Program-made: the position numbers and the translations under genes
Shown: in pieces, positions 13,879 to 27,654 of the stretch
How positions within the stretch are numbered: position 1 is the first letter of the stretch
How the letters are laid out: each line of letters starts with the position of its first letter
The notes under the pieces: generated by a model
Databases searched by the model: none
What the model saw: only the letters and a program-made list of their open reading frames with translations
Told to the model about the DNA's origin: nothing
Assembly (NCBI GenBank): GCA_951804945.1
Contig: OX638155.1
Span: 51,832,001 to 51,896,000 of the forward strand
DNA from: Podarcis cretensis
Lineage: Eukaryota
Reading direction: 5' to 3'
DNA length: 64,000 bases

Positions 13879-14033
13879 ATATTTTCTCAATGATTTCAGA
13901 CACCAGCGGTGTAATGGTTTATGGTAAATATGACATGTTTCTGCGAGAAGTCCTTAAACTACCCACGGCGGTCTTCGAAGGTCCTTCTTTTGGATACACA
14001 GAGCAGTCAGCAAAATCCTGTTTTTCTCAACAG
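13879..14033 (+). CDS. DTNA: DTNA exon ([11 protein letters not shown]...SCFSQQ), 155 nt
   Basis: catcag|ATATT acceptor; CAG|gtagat donor. Confidence 0.97.
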
Positions 14034-14844
14034 GTAGATAAAATGACAACATTCACTGCCTCCTTTTTGCCCTTCCCATTAATGATATGCAGTGACAAAA
14101 TGTTATGTGCTTTTTATTTGTTTATACTGTAGATTGTGTACTGGACACTTTGGCAATTGTAAACCAGAAGAGAACTGTATTTTGTTTAAGGGCCAAATTA
14201 GATATGACTTGGGAAGACGTGTGAACAATCTCCTAATACGATTTGGAAAAAATACTAACAAGATGTTGTAGGGTAGCTATGAATTGGTTCGCAGCAGCAG
14301 CAGCAGGAGGAGGGGCCCCTGTATTGTTTTCCGAAATGCTCCTACATAAGTGTGGAATATGATTAGGGCTCAGCTCTCAGGTGGGCACCACTGGGAGAAG
14401 TTCATGGTGAGCTCTGGCACATCTTTTTCTAGAAAAATAGCACTGGTTATGATAACAATGATATTAGATTTATAGACCAATAAACTATTGCCTTCAGTAT
14501 TATAGAGATGAACAATATTGGGACTAGGTATGCACTGAGGTTTGGTCCTTCCCAGTTCTACATGGACACAGGACTACATCCAGCCCATCCTGTTTATGTG
14601 CAGATTTAAATGGAAAATCCTTTGAAGTTTTCAAGTAATGCCATTTAAAAAAAAAAATACAAGTACAAGTGGTTACAAGATGGTTCCAGGACTACAACGT
14701 GGCCCCTAATCTCCCCTACTCCTTTTCAAAAGGCTCCCAAATAGCTGACTGAGATGTTTACAGCCTGGAGCAACTACCATACAAAGCTTCTTGCCTTTGA
14801 ATTACAACAGAGCAAATCCCCCTTGTAGCATCATGGACTTGATG

Positions 14845-14992
14845 CATGGGCGTAGCCAGGGGGAGGCAAGGGGGACAGCTGACCCCCATCAAGTAAAACA
14901 ATAGAAATACTTAACTAACTGACCAATCACATTGGTTCTGCCCCCCTAACAAAGTCCTGCCCCCCCAAAAAAAAATCCTGGCTACGCCCATG
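14845..14992. mobile_element. hAT-type MITE, copy 2 (opposite orientation to 501-653)
   Basis: Perfect 16-bp TIR CATGGGCGTAGCCAGG; 8-bp flanks acttgatg / acttggtg. Confidence 0.9.
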
Positions 14993-15385
14993 ACTTGGTG
15001 TCCCTCAGAACTCTTCCTGGGCCATACCCCTCACTGGCTCTGCTTTACTCCTTAATTGTGTCCTTGACCTCTGATAATGTCTGGGTGGAGAACAGAGAGG
15101 GCTGTGGAAGTATGTGTAGAAGCTAGCCTACTGTACAGAGATGAAATTACATCTGTTGCTTTGCTCACTTTTGCTCCAGATCCTGCCTATCACTTAAAGG
15201 TTGCCTCAGATGGTTGCCGGAAAGGAATGCGTCTCTTGGGCTGAAAAGAGTTCCCTTCCCCTGTTTAAGATATTGAAATGTATCTGCTTAATTATTTCAC
15301 CCATGTGTGTGTGACCCATGAGGAAAGTAAAATTCCCCTTTCAGCTTGCAATGCTAAATTGTTTCTGCTTTGTTCATGTAAACAG

Positions 15386-15491
15386 AAAAAAGTCACACTG
15401 AATGCTTTTTTGGACACTCTCATGTCTGATCCTCCACCGCAATGCCTGGTCTGGTTACCACTTCTGCATCGATTGGCAAATGTTGAGAATG
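15386..15491 (+). CDS. DTNA: DTNA exon ([10 protein letters not shown]...RLANVEN), 106 nt
   Basis: aacag|AAAAAA acceptor; AATG|gtatgt donor. Confidence 0.97.
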
Positions 15492-16329
15492 GTATGTAGT
15501 CAAAAGATGAGGGGCATGTGGAATATCAATGGGGTTCACAATGATTGTGTTTTCCCCAGGAAAAGTTATTGTTCTTGAAAAGGAAGAATGGCTAAGAATG
15601 TGGTGCCAATTTCAATTCCTAATGATAAGGTCTGCCTTGTCCATTGATTTCAATGTGCTCAGACATACTGAACTCAGGATAGTTTCAGGCTGCAAGTTGT
15701 AAACCTAGTTAGTGTTGTCCCTCTTGCAAAATCATACACAGCATAAACTGATATGCTTGCTACCTTTAGTATCTCTCCTTCTGCCTTTGCAAGTTGACCA
15801 CAGTAGATTCTTCACATCCACACTAGTCCTAGGATGGAATTCAACACCGCATTAATACAATTGTTCCGTCAGCACCAGTATTTCTGATTGCCAGACAGAA
15901 CAGTCTCCCTTAAGACTCCCTCTATGTGTTATTATGGAGGTTTTCCTGACTCCCCAAAGCAGATTTGGGGGAGTAGTGTGGGGAAGAGAGGGGGGAAACT
16001 CCACTGAGCTACTGGGAGTCCTTCTGCTGGCTTCAGCTAGTGCACTGGGTTAGTTGAATCCAACCCCTCATTCTTTCTTCCACGCTTCCACATTTTCCTG
16101 TTTTGGTTTTCTGCTGCTATAAGAGGTTTTCTCTTAGACAGTAGCAGATGCTTGTTTGTCTTCAGAGAAAACTGCGAAGCTTTTAAATTTCAGGAACCTT
16201 AAGAATAACATTTGCTGTGGAAAATGACTTCAGACACAAAAGCAGGTTGCTAAGACCTGTTAGTGGCTTCAGTTTTAACACTGCGCTGATTGTCTTTTGT
16301 TTTGTTTTTAAATCCATTTCCCCTTGTAG

Positions 16330-16496
16330 TCTTCCACCCTGTCGAGTGTTCCTACTGCCATAGCGAGAGCATGATGGGATTTCGCTATCGATGCCAGCAG
16401 TGTCACAATTACCAGCTCTGTCAAGATTGCTTCTGGAGGGGACATGCCAGTGGTTCCCATAGCAACCAGCACCAAATGAAAGAATACACGTCATGG
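16330..16496 (+). CDS. DTNA: DTNA exon, ZZ zinc finger ([10 protein letters not shown]...KEYTSW), 167 nt
   Basis: tgtag|TCTTC acceptor; TGG|gtaagg donor; CxxC pairs of ZZ domain. Confidence 0.98.
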
Positions 16497-18046
16497 GTAA
16501 GGGAAGGTTCATGAATTGCTGCAGACTGTTTGAACTCCACCAGTCAGAGAAAATCTCAAGGATGGGAGTTGGAACTGACCGAATCGTTTTCCCTTAAAAC
16601 CACATATAGGAAACTAACTTTGCCAGTTTAGCTAAGCGTCTCTGTAATGGAGAAGCCCCAGTTGTGGTCCTTGTTCCCAGTCAGTTCTGAGATGAAAAAT
16701 GGGAAGAACTGAACAGTATGGCTATCCTCAGTGTGGATTTGAGCAGTCCAACATGTTAATACTGTTCTGGATGTCAGGAGAGCTGCAGGAAGGTCTTGGA
16801 ATATAAAACTATTTCCACAGTAAGTTGTTCATTTTTGTAGGACATAGTCAAATATGTTGGCTTTTCTCTCATATTATCTGCTTTATATGATAAGAGATCT
16901 ATATCTAAAATGGAATCTTAAAAATCTAGATCTAAGAAGAACAATGGAAGATGTTGATTTACCATTCAGCTACTTTATGAAATATGTTTATATAAAGTCA
17001 GTAGAAGTGTAGGCATGCTATATATTCATTAACATTCAGCCACCATAGTTTCTTAACCTTATTCAGACTATCTCTAACAACATGAACTCTATATTGCACT
17101 CAGATGAAACATATGTGTGATCTTGTCTCATTTTGGTAGCTGCCAGTTAGCTACGGAGTCAAGTGTAACATTCTAGTTCTAGTTTACAAGGCAGCTTGGA
17201 ACAGCTTGGAACCAGTTCTCTAAAACAATGCCTCCTTCTGTGTAGACCATAATCTGCACTGGTTACCCTGTTAGCATGCCATGGTCCACAGGTATACATC
17301 TTACCGTGGGGCAGAGGAGGGTCCATGGTGGCTCCTGAGCAGTGAATTGATCTCCTCTTGAAGGTCAGGCAGGCTGCAACCATGGAATGTTTATGTCAAC
17401 AACTGGAAGTATACCTGTTTACCCGGGCATTTCCCTGACTTATTATTGTTGTTGTTGTTGTTATTAAAAAAAATTATACCACCCTTCATCTGAAGATCAC
17501 AAGGCAGTTCACGATACCAGTGCCAGGTATTGGTGGTTACTGCAACTTATATTTTAACTTTGTTTATTGAACTGTTTTTATTTTGTGTGTTTTGTTTTGT
17601 TTGTAAACCACATTTTAGCTTCTTTTTGAAATTAAAGGTAGCATGTGCCTTCTATTCTTAATAATATTTAATAAGCTTACTTCTATAAGAGTCCCAGTGT
17701 ATGGCCCCCTTAAGCCACAACTCAGTTAATACAAATTTCTGGGACTTAAGCTCATATCATATGTGAGTCTATGCACATTATAGTCTATGCAACAGATTCT
17801 ATATATATAAAAAATAAGTTACATGCTTTTAGATTCACAAAATGTTTAGGGGTATGTGTACCCCTGCGTCCCCACAGAAAAAAAGTGCTGAATGCAGAGA
17901 ATATCTTACCTGCAAAAGCTGGAAAGGAGGGAAGTGCAACAAGGATAATGAAAGCAAACTAAGCAATTGCAGTACAAACAGCATTATATATTAAAGCTGG
18001 TGCTTCTGAAATTAGAATGATAAATAATTGGCAATGATTAAGAAAA

Positions 18047-18220
18047 TAGGGTTGCCATATTTCAAAAAGTAAAAACCAGGACACCCCGAAAGTTGTTGAG
18101 AGCTTTTTTTAGGACAAAATGCTGCCTTTTGGAAATCCCTCCTCCCCCCCCCCCCCGACGTCAATCCCACCTTCAAAATCCTGGTAACGTCCAGTAAAAT
18201 CCAGACATATGGCAGCCCTA
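18047..18220. mobile_element. MITE with TAGGGTTGCCATAT TIR (hAT-like)
   Basis: tagggttgccatat ... atatggcagcccta; no clear TSD. Confidence 0.75.
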
Positions 18221-19211
18221 AATAAATGAAGATAGGTAGTGCAGAGTTAGGTAGTGAATCAGGAATATGGAAAATATTATTCTAGTAATGGCCTCTGAAC
18301 TCACACTTCTTTGGCATGGATCACCATGTTTTAAGTGTTTAAATTATTAAGGACTGAGTAAAGAGGGCCTGAATGAAGTATGATTCACTGTAATTTTTTT
18401 ATTTTTCAATCTAGATTTTTTGTGTGTGAGAGTCTGGTTTGATTGAGTGTTGTGCTGATGTTTATCACACAGCTTTTTGTACTGATGATGTTTACCTTAA
18501 AAACCCAGTTTATGCAAAGGTCTGCACAATTAGAAAACAAACTGTATCTGATTCTGCCTTTGTTCCTGGGTAGAAAATTCTGCCTGGGGATCATACACTC
18601 AGATACCTGGTTCCTTTACTGGGGGAAAAAACTCATTTATACCCTTGATAGGCTACTAAAGGAAGTGTACTACTCTATACATATCTGTTTGTTGTCCCTA
18701 ATCTCTTTGGGGCAAACATGGTCTTTTCAGTCATAGAAATGTTTGCTCTCTTCCACTTCTAATTATGTCATCAGCAGCTTTTCAAATGTACTTTTCACCT
18801 GGGATTGTGCCAGTGGAGAAATCAGATGCAGGCCTTGGGTCCTCTCTCCCACTCCTCTCACTGTGGGAGATAGGAGAAAGATGAACTGGGAGATTCTGCA
18901 GCTTCTCTCTCTTTAAAGGATTTTATTTATTTTATTTATTTTATTTCTATACCTCTTTATATTTTTAATAAAAAATCTCAAAGCAGTTTACAGCATATTA
19001 AATCAATAAAACAATAGCCGGGTGATGTTCCTCCGGCCTCATGAGGATGCAACTCAGGACATAATACAGAGCCACTGAATAAGTGGGTCTTTGGTGGGGG
19101 GGATGCCTTTAACTAGTAGAGCATTGCTTTGTTTCCCCATAGTTCTGTGGCTGCAAAAACAATTTAAACCTTACCTGTCCAAATTACCTTTACCTTCCTT
19201 GTTCCTCCCAG

Positions 19212-19336
19212 AAATCACCTGCTAAGAAGCTAACTAATGCACTTAGCAAGTCTTTAAGCTGTGCTTCCAGCCGTGAACCTTTGCACCCAATGTTCCCTGA
19301 CCAGCCTGAAAAACCTCTAAACTTGGCTCATATTGT
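19212..19336 (+). CDS. DTNA: DTNA exon ([15 protein letters not shown]...[16 protein letters not shown]), 125 nt
   Basis: cccag|AAATCA acceptor; ATTGT|gtaagt donor; manual translation, not in ORF track. Confidence 0.96.
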
Positions 19337-20405
19337 GTAAGTATTTGTGTGCTCTGTAGATAATATCCTTTGTTCTAGGTGACCTACTGTTCATCCTGGT
19401 TTGAAGGCAAATGGAGGGAGGCCTCTTCATGTGTTCTTTAGAAATGCTGCTTATTAAACTATCCAATTGTATTATGGATTTAAGCATAACTTAGCTTCAT
19501 GATACTGAAAAGTAATGGGAAACACTGGATCTTTTTTCCATTTTTGCTTAGCATCATAGTATAGCATTCTGAAATATTGGTGTGTGTTTTTTTAAATTTC
19601 AGTTTAGTGAGTCTTCAGTATACCAGGAGGCTAGAGCTGAATGATTCTGCTCTGTTTTGACCAGTGAAACAGTTAAATATCTAAAAGGTAAAGAAAGGAA
19701 AGTAGAAATTGACATGTTCCAATATGGAAGCAGATTTCAAATTATTTATCTTACCAGTTCTCTCAAAATTGAGATTTTCTAAAATACATGCCTCAGTTCA
19801 CACGAAGGCAATGCTTTCCTGCAGGAATTACAGTTATGAATTATGAAATCTGATAGACTGTGTGAGACAAGGTGGAACAAAGGTGCTTTGAATTGTTTCC
19901 TTCAACTGTTTCACATAGCCATGCCTTGATTTTTCCATAACTTAGATATGTATTATGTGGCAGCTGCAATGTGCTCCTTTTAAGAAGCAGGGAAGCATGG
20001 TCAAAAATGTAGGAAAGCTACATTTCTACAAATTAAAGAAATTGCCATTTGAAGAAGTAGGAAGTTCATCTCACAGCAGTCTTTTCAGGGACCCTGTAAG
20101 TCAAGGGTGAGAAATCTCTAGTCCTTAGGCCTAATGAGACCCACTAGGCCATTTTGGCTAAGCCCTGCCCACTGGCCCTGCATCTGACATCATATATGAC
20201 ATCAGAGTGGCTGGGCCAAAAAAAAAAAGTTTTCAGGCACTGCTGATCAGATGATTGATGGTGTCTGCAAAACCATTTGCAAGGCACTTTGAAGCTCTGG
20301 CTATCCGCTGATTGTTACTGCTTCAAGAGAGCCCTGCATTGTTGACAGTCAGCTGATAGTTGGGGCTGTCCTAAGGAGTTTCCCATGGGATGTAAAGCAC
20401 TAGAG

Positions 20406-20543
20406 CAGCCTTTCTCAACCTGTGGGTCCCCAGATGTTGTTGAACTACAATTCCCATCACCCCTAGCAAGCAAGGCCAGAGCTCAGGGATGATGGGAGTT
20501 GTAGTCCAACAGCATCTGGGGACCCACAGGTTGAGAACCACTG
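20406..20543. mobile_element. Palindromic hAT (Charlie-like) MITE
   Basis: Near end-to-end palindrome; perfect 8-bp TSD cactagag. Confidence 0.92.
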
Positions 20544-21120
20544 CACTAGAGGAAATGCTTTGAATTCAAAATGCTTTCTCAGAGACTTCAAAGGTCCTTC
20601 CTATAACTGTTGATCAGCAGTTCTAGCAACCTCCTCTGAATTTGGACAGGTGTCAGTCACCTGCTATCATTAGGAGACCTGATGATTTGACAGATAGACA
20701 GTCCTGCCTACCTGTCAAAGTTGGCCCACAGGGATGGGAGAAATAAGTATCTGGAGTTGAGGAAGGTACTGGTGATATCCAGGAATGCAGAATAAAAACA
20801 ACCTTGATAAAAGTATTTACATGAAGCACTCCATATGCAGGACAGGAGTTCTGATTTCTGGGATTGTGGTTCTGTGATAGGTGACTGGCATGCTAATTCA
20901 GCATGTTAGAATCTGGCAAGCTAGAGATCCAACAGTAGCCATATACATTCTGATCACTGCTGCTTCAGATGTCAATCAGAATCTCCATTCCTATCTCTGT
21001 GTACATAACAACTGGTGTATTTTCCCAGCACCACTTACTCCAAACTCCTATGATATGTATTTTTCACCTCTCTTTGGAAACAGTCTTTACAAAAAATGGT
21101 GTTTGGAAATGGCTTTAAAG

Positions 21121-21259
21121 CAGGGGTAGCCAATGTGGCACCCTCCAAATGTTATTGAACAACAACTTCCAGCATCCTTGACCATTTGTCACACTTGCTG
21201 GGGCTGATGGAAGTTGTAGTTCAACAACTTCTGAAGGACAACCACATTGACTACTCCTG
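21121..21259. mobile_element. Palindromic hAT MITE, same family
   Basis: caggggtagccaatgtgg ... ccacattgactactcctg; flanks ctttaaag / ccttaagg. Confidence 0.8.
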
Positions 21260-22182
21260 CCTTAAGGCATGCACAGAGGAGCTTCTGCCACTATAGAGTT
21301 GTGAGAGGATAACTTTGTAGCCTCAAAAGCCTGCTCAAAAGCTTAGTTGGCTTAAAAGAAGCAGCATGTATTGTAAGCTCTGGACTTCCTTTACTGCTCA
21401 GTTCAAAATCAGATCAATAAGAAGTAGGCTTCTGATATTCCAGTGATTTCTTCTCTAAGTCCCTAGAGCATCTGAGTGACTTGTAGATAATTATGTTCCC
21501 ACAAGCACTTTTAAATTATGCATTCATATAGCTGAATGGGCACAGATAGTCAGCTGTTTAGATAGAATCATTCTGACAAGGATAATTCCCAGCATATTCA
21601 GAAAATAATTGTGATTTGCTTAATGGGGTTTGGGTTTTTTTTACGGTAACTACTACTACTCCTGTGGTTCTTAAAGTGGTTCAGATCTCCATCACAGAGA
21701 TTTATTTTTATGTTCTGTGTTCCATTTACCTCAAGTCAAAACTTCCTTCATGTGGCTGTTCATTCTGTATTCACTGTTGCATGCGTTTTGTAGAAAATAC
21801 AAGGAACATTATATTACATAATGACTGTCTGTGGTTGGCAGCACTGTTGGAAGTCACTTAGCCTGCTTTGACATGAAGACTCTCACGCAGATATTAAATA
21901 CTGGGCTACGATTATTAACTAAGATCAGTCTAAAGCAATGAGCTGTCATTGGAAGACTGAACAGTGTATTGTTCTCATTATGATGAAGCTGTAATGGAAG
22001 CACACTATTTGTTTAACCTTCCCAAATCATAGAATCATTGATAGTGCTTTTCAAAACAGCATCTTACTTGATAATTCCTTTTAAATTAAATTTACACCTG
22101 CTAAGAATATTAGTTTGAAATGCTAGACCCTCTACTTATTCCATTCCTTAGATGTCAAAAATAAAAGGTTGACTACTTAAGC

Positions 22183-22313
22183 CAGGGATGGAGAACCTGT
22201 GGCCCTCAAGATGTTTATGGAGTCTATTTCCCATCAGCCACAGCAACCATAGCCAATGATCAGAAGTGATGTGAGACCACAGTGTTTGGAGGACCACAGG
22301 TTCCCCCACCCAG
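22183..22313. mobile_element. Palindromic hAT MITE, same family (diverged)
   Basis: cagggatggagaacctgtgg ... ccacaggttcccccaccc. Confidence 0.75.
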
Positions 22314-23237
22314 GTTAAATGGAAGCAAGCTACTGAAAAATTGATGAAAGCCAAATGAATCAAGCAGTTATGCTCAAAAGGAAACATTTTTGTGAATAGT
22401 TGATGTAATTCTATGGTTTATAGCTGAGAGCCATAACATATTGATGAGAGTTTTGCTATTTAGTTCAGGTTAGTATAGTTAGGTCTTCAGACTTGCCCTT
22501 ATAGCATTAAATGAAAATCGCAAATTAGCCAGTACCTTCATGGTTTAAGAAGAAAAGAATAACTGTATGGGGACTTCAAATAAATATGCTGCAAATATGT
22601 GTATTTTTCCGCTTGAAAGATCTTTCTGTTTGAAGCAGAGCCTTCATTCCTCCCCACACCCCCACATCTCCAGCTGGGGCCAACACCAAAATGCCTTCCT
22701 GCAGCATTCAGATACCAAGCTATTTCTTCCTCTACCCCCTACCTCTCTCAGTGCCTCCTGAAGAAGGCCACCTAACTCTCCTACTTGGCAAGGCCCTGAA
22801 CAACTACTCTTATTATACTATATCTCCACTTGCAAAAATCTGAGGAGGAGAGAGAGAAATGTGAAATTGAAGCAAAACATGATCCTCTTCTTTGCATTAT
22901 CCAGGATCAGCTACTCTATAGAAAAGGACTTCTGTGTACATCTTTTCTACCTGTATTTTTATACAGAAGGCAATGGCTGCAGTTCACTAAAGTTTGTTGA
23001 GATCATATCCCAATAAGATCAATGCAAGAAAGTATTTTTTCCATCATTTTTTTGTGGGAATTGTTCACTTATTGGAAGTGTGCAGAGGATTCAACTTTTG
23101 TCACAATTAGCTTCAGCTGGACTGGAGTCAATCTATTCACGTACAAGAAAATATACCAGGATTCGAAAGGGAATTGAGCACTGTTCTTATAAGGATTTCA
23201 AAAACAACCAGCAATCTGGTCTCTTCTGATCCTAGGA

Positions 23238-23365
23238 CAGGTGTAGGGAGCCCAGATGTTGCTGAACTACAACTCCCATCATCTCTGGCTATTGACCATG
23301 CTTGCTGAGGCTGATGGGAGTTGTGGTTCAGCAATATCTGGAGGGCCAATGTTTCCCCACACCTG
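23238..23365. mobile_element. Palindromic hAT MITE, same family
   Basis: caggtgt ... acacctg; flanks tcctagga / ccctagga. Confidence 0.85.
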
Positions 23366-25101
23366 CCCTAGGACATTACCTCCTTCCTAAGAGAAAATAT
23401 CTGTTCCTGACAGTGAGAATGTTTGTTATTTTATTTTTACTTTTTCTGGTGGGGATTGAAAGCAACGTTGAATACAATAATACAGAAATTAAAATAAACC
23501 AGTTGTGGAGCGAGCATCGTATGCAATACAGCTGATATAAATTAGCACAGGGGGGAAAGATATGCTGCATGGATTCCTTGGGAATATATTCTTACTCGAC
23601 TGATTTTTATTCTTAAATGTAATGGAAGATAAACCGTATCATGAGGAAAAGCTCTAGGCAAGCATCCCAGCAAAAGGGGTATTTACAGCCACTTTTAATG
23701 GTAGGCTTCATGTAAGCAAAGTCTTCCTTCCCCCTGCAGCAGCCACTTACAGTAAGGACAGAAATCTTTTGTAGAGCTACGCTTGCATTTGCACTTTCAT
23801 TATACGCTGGTTTTAACATTGTATTTACTACCATGAGTGACTCTACCAGTGTAAGTGGGGGCACAGCAGTAAACACTTGGTTCAAACATTGTTAAATTCC
23901 ATTGAGTAAATGCTGTAAGCAACCAAGTAGTTTTAACTCCCTATTTAGCATCAGTGAAATGCACTCGTGGCATGACCTGAGAGAAGAATGACCTTTCTAT
24001 CTTAAAAAAGAAATCCCTTGGTAAACTGCAATCTTGAATTTAACATTTTGCATGATGATATTGATATGTTCACCGAGATACTGCATTGTTTTCCATTGAG
24101 TCTAGATTCTGCCCCAAGGGTTTCATGCAATGGCGGGTGTTTAATAATGGTCCCATACAACACTTGGACAGGGCTAGTGAACGACCTGGGTAGAGCCTAG
24201 CCTCCCCTCCCCCCACCTCCAAAACACAGAGAAATATAAAACCTCCCCACACACAAACACATTTCCCCCCTGTCTCTCCATGCAGGGATGAGAACATCCC
24301 AGCACATAATTCCTTGTCCTCCTCACTAAGTTCTCTTCACTAAGCAGCTGGAGAGTCGTGAAGGTCAGAGGCACACAATGAGATCTCAGCAATCCTATCC
24401 CAAATCTTCTCCTGCTGATTGGTGCTGGGAATATGTGAGGAGCACTCCCATCCAAGTGCTTTACCCGCAACCTATAGTGAAAATGGGATGTGTGGGCTGC
24501 ACAGAAGTTGTCTGAGGTCCACCTGTGGGCCATGGGTTGCCCATATGGGATTTAAACACTGTACCTGTCTGTCATAATGGCCATTGCCTACAAACAAGCA
24601 AATGCAACCACTGGCTGACTACAACTGTCAGTCTCTACAAAGTGTTCCTCAGGTTTTGTTAATTACTTATTAGCTATTGGAGAAAGTTCAGTATTTAACA
24701 TATATTTCACTTGACAGCCATCAGAAACATCTTAAATGTCAACAGATTGATTTTCCTATTTACTGCATCATATCCTATAGCTGGGATTCAAGATCAAGCA
24801 CAGACAAGCACTTGCGAACACTGAGCTGGAGTCTTTCCTTTTCTTTCGACACACTTGTGTGCCATTTCACAAACTGATTTTGATACACAGTTGAATATGG
24901 GAAACTCACCTGAGTTTCAAATGCAGTTCACTCCCCTGAGCATTAAAGGCTGCTTGCCATATAACATGGGGGAAGAGCAGGAGCAGATATAATCAGCTAT
25001 TTCAACCCAGTTAACAGAGAGCGTACACATTTTTCAAATTCTAATCTGTACCAGCTGAATTTGAGAAAAGTGAATATTACAACTGGTAGCCATAGATATA
25101 T

Positions 25102-25348
25102 TTACCTTGGGCAGAAGATATAGAAGCATGATTAGTCACACCAACAGGGTAAAGAACAGCTTCTGTCCGTGGGCTGTTAGGGTGCTGAATGAAAAGATAA
25201 CAACAGGGCAACTGACTTTCGGGTTTGGTGGGTGTGCGTCAGTAAACAAGGGGAATTAAGACTAGAGAGCTGAGTGGGGGTGCTCGTGTAATCTCACTGT
25301 ATACAAGTTGTACAAGTGACAATAAAGTATTTCAATTTCATTTCAATA
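25102..25348 (+). mobile_element. Rex1/Babar LINE 3' end
   Basis: Translates GRRYRSMISHTNRVKNSFCPWAVRVLN (Rex1-type ORF C-terminus), then TGACAATAAAG and an (ATTTC)-like tail. Confidence 0.8.
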
Positions 25349-25634
25349 TATATAGCCTCTAAATAGTTTCAGTGTTCTGGACATAGGAATTTGCTAGAAA
25401 TTCTGACAAAATAAATAACTTGTTATCTTATGGAGATAAACTTCAGTAGCCCTACATGCATGACCCATTCTCTTACCCCATCATGGGGCAACTTGTCAGA
25501 AGAGAGGGGCCGAGCCTGTAAGATGAGTATTAACTATGGCATAGATAGAATTTCCCTAACTTTGACACTTTCTAAAAATTAAATCTTTCAACTTAATTAA
25601 TAGCTTCTTTTTATTTCATTTTTTGCTGCAAAAG

Positions 25635-25643
25635 AGATACCTG
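25635..25643 (+). CDS. DTNA: DTNA 9-nt alternative microexon (adds DTW)
   Basis: ttttttgctgcaaaag|AGATACCTG|gtaagt; GT+A GAT ACC TG+G = V D T W, matching the known ...AHIVDTWPPRP insert. Confidence 0.92.
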
Positions 25644-27573
25644 GTAAGTAAAGCATTACCCCTTAGTACATTTTTGATATGGTTGGAATTCTCATACGAA
25701 TTATTGAGTATGCAATTTTATTTCTCAGGGGGGTTCTTTTTCTACCATCAACCTTTTTCCTGAAGTCTCTAGGAGATCCCATGACTAGAGAAAAGGGAGA
25801 AAGGGATCCAGATTTTGACTGGGCATCCTTCTTTCCATGCCTGCTTATTACTACTGTGAGAATACAAGACCCAATTATGGGTGGAGGAATAGGTGCCTGG
25901 GGACTGCAAGCCCATTACCATGAGGAAACAGTTGATGATAAATTGTAGGACATCACTGAAGATTTTTTTTGCAAGCTTGTACCTATGTATTCTAGGTGGT
26001 GAAGAACAGATCTCGTGAGATTTGCTGGAGCCAATCAGAAGCACTATTAAAACAGAATCAACATCACTCTGAGCAGTGAGCTGCAGGCTTAGCACCTTCT
26101 CTGGAATAGTGAAAGAGAAAGAATTTATATGGGAAACACTTTGACAGCCTTCCCTGACCTGGTGCCCTCTAAATGTTGCTAGACCCCCAACTCCCATCAA
26201 CCCCAACCAACAAAGTGTTGATTTCTCTCGAGAACTACAAGAATTCCTTAGTTCCTGCTGGGATTTGCTATTCACAGGCAGGAGGAGCCAACAGTGACAG
26301 CTTACTGCTTTCCTCACACAGCTGGCTTTTGCATATTTGGCACATATGCACCGCATACAGGACCTGTTTCTGCATGCAGGTTGCATTGTCTGCAACAGAG
26401 CATTTGATATTATATTGCTGAAATGCAAATATTTGGGGTTGAGATGTCCTCTGTCAGAGGGCCCAAGTACAGAACAATACACAACCTGTGTTGCAGTCAC
26501 TGTGTACATTTATACCATGAAATAACCTAAAGTTCCTCATCATCATAAGAATCATAGTACAATTCCTTTCTGAACCTTCTAAACAGCAAATGAAGGATAA
26601 GTCTTTTACAAAACTCCTGTTTTATGTGTCTTAGTCAACTCCGCGTGATACTTGTATATTTCAAATTCCCCTTCATTGCTACTTGAACATAACACCTTCA
26701 GGCTTAAGGAAAAACTGACTCCTCATCATAAATGTGTTATTGAATAAGTGGATTCTGTTTGGTTCTTTCCATTTGTAATCTCTAGTGGGCTGATGTTCCA
26801 TGTTAACATGTGATGACTTTAAAAATTCAAATAATGTCTACACTCTGAATCTGGAGTTGTTGTGTGAATTCTGCACCAAGTGGATCCCCTGGTTTTCACC
26901 ATGGCAAACATACTAAAGGAAGTGTTTGTTGTGGCATTGTGAAAATGTAAGTTCATACAGCTGTTACATATGAAGGACTCCGTACACAGAAGCTTCCACA
27001 CAATTTAGGTTTAAAGCAGCCACTATGTGGCCATCTAAATTGAGATTTTTTGTTGTTAGAAATGGAAATTGAGACATTTGAGTCAGAGAGGGCTCTCAAA
27101 AAAGGGACTGTGTGCTTCTTTGGGGGAAAAAATCTTAGAATATTAAACCAACAAGAAGTCAAACACTACAGTTTGAAGGCTGTTGAAACAATTCTACATC
27201 AATTCTCCTTTATGAACTGCTTCCATTAGCTTTGCAAAAATACAACACAGTCAATGATTTTACTGAAGCAGGATAGAGCAAGCAAATTGCACACAGAATA
27301 CTTAAGAATCTAAAAAAAATGTTTTTCTAACACTCAGATCTGTTACTTCATGTAAAAGTTAAGTGCAAGTGTTTACTCAGGAGTAAGTCCCAGTTCAATG
27401 GGGATCATTCCCAGTGTGTTCAGGATTGTAGCCTTTATTTTTTAAAATATAGATTTAGAGTACAAAAATAGAATATTCCAGCTTCTTATTGACTAAATGT
27501 ATTTGTGGGTGTTGAGCTTCTGTATTTGATGCACATGATAAACAATATACTTCTTAACTGTTTTTTTGTCAAG

Positions 27574-27654
27574 GCCTCCCAGACCAGTCACCAGCATGAA
27601 TGACACATTGTTCTCCCACTCTGTTCCCTCAGGAAGCCCTTTCACAAACAGAAG
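27574..27654 (+). CDS. DTNA: DTNA exon (PPRPVTSMNDTLFSHSVPSGSPFTNR), 81 nt
   Basis: gtcaag|GCCTCCC acceptor; AGAAG|gtgagt donor. Confidence 0.95.

Noticed and set aside
25769-26509. Longest ORF (246 aa, minus strand)
   Set aside because: No recognisable domain or exon structure; consistent with a chance intronic ORF.
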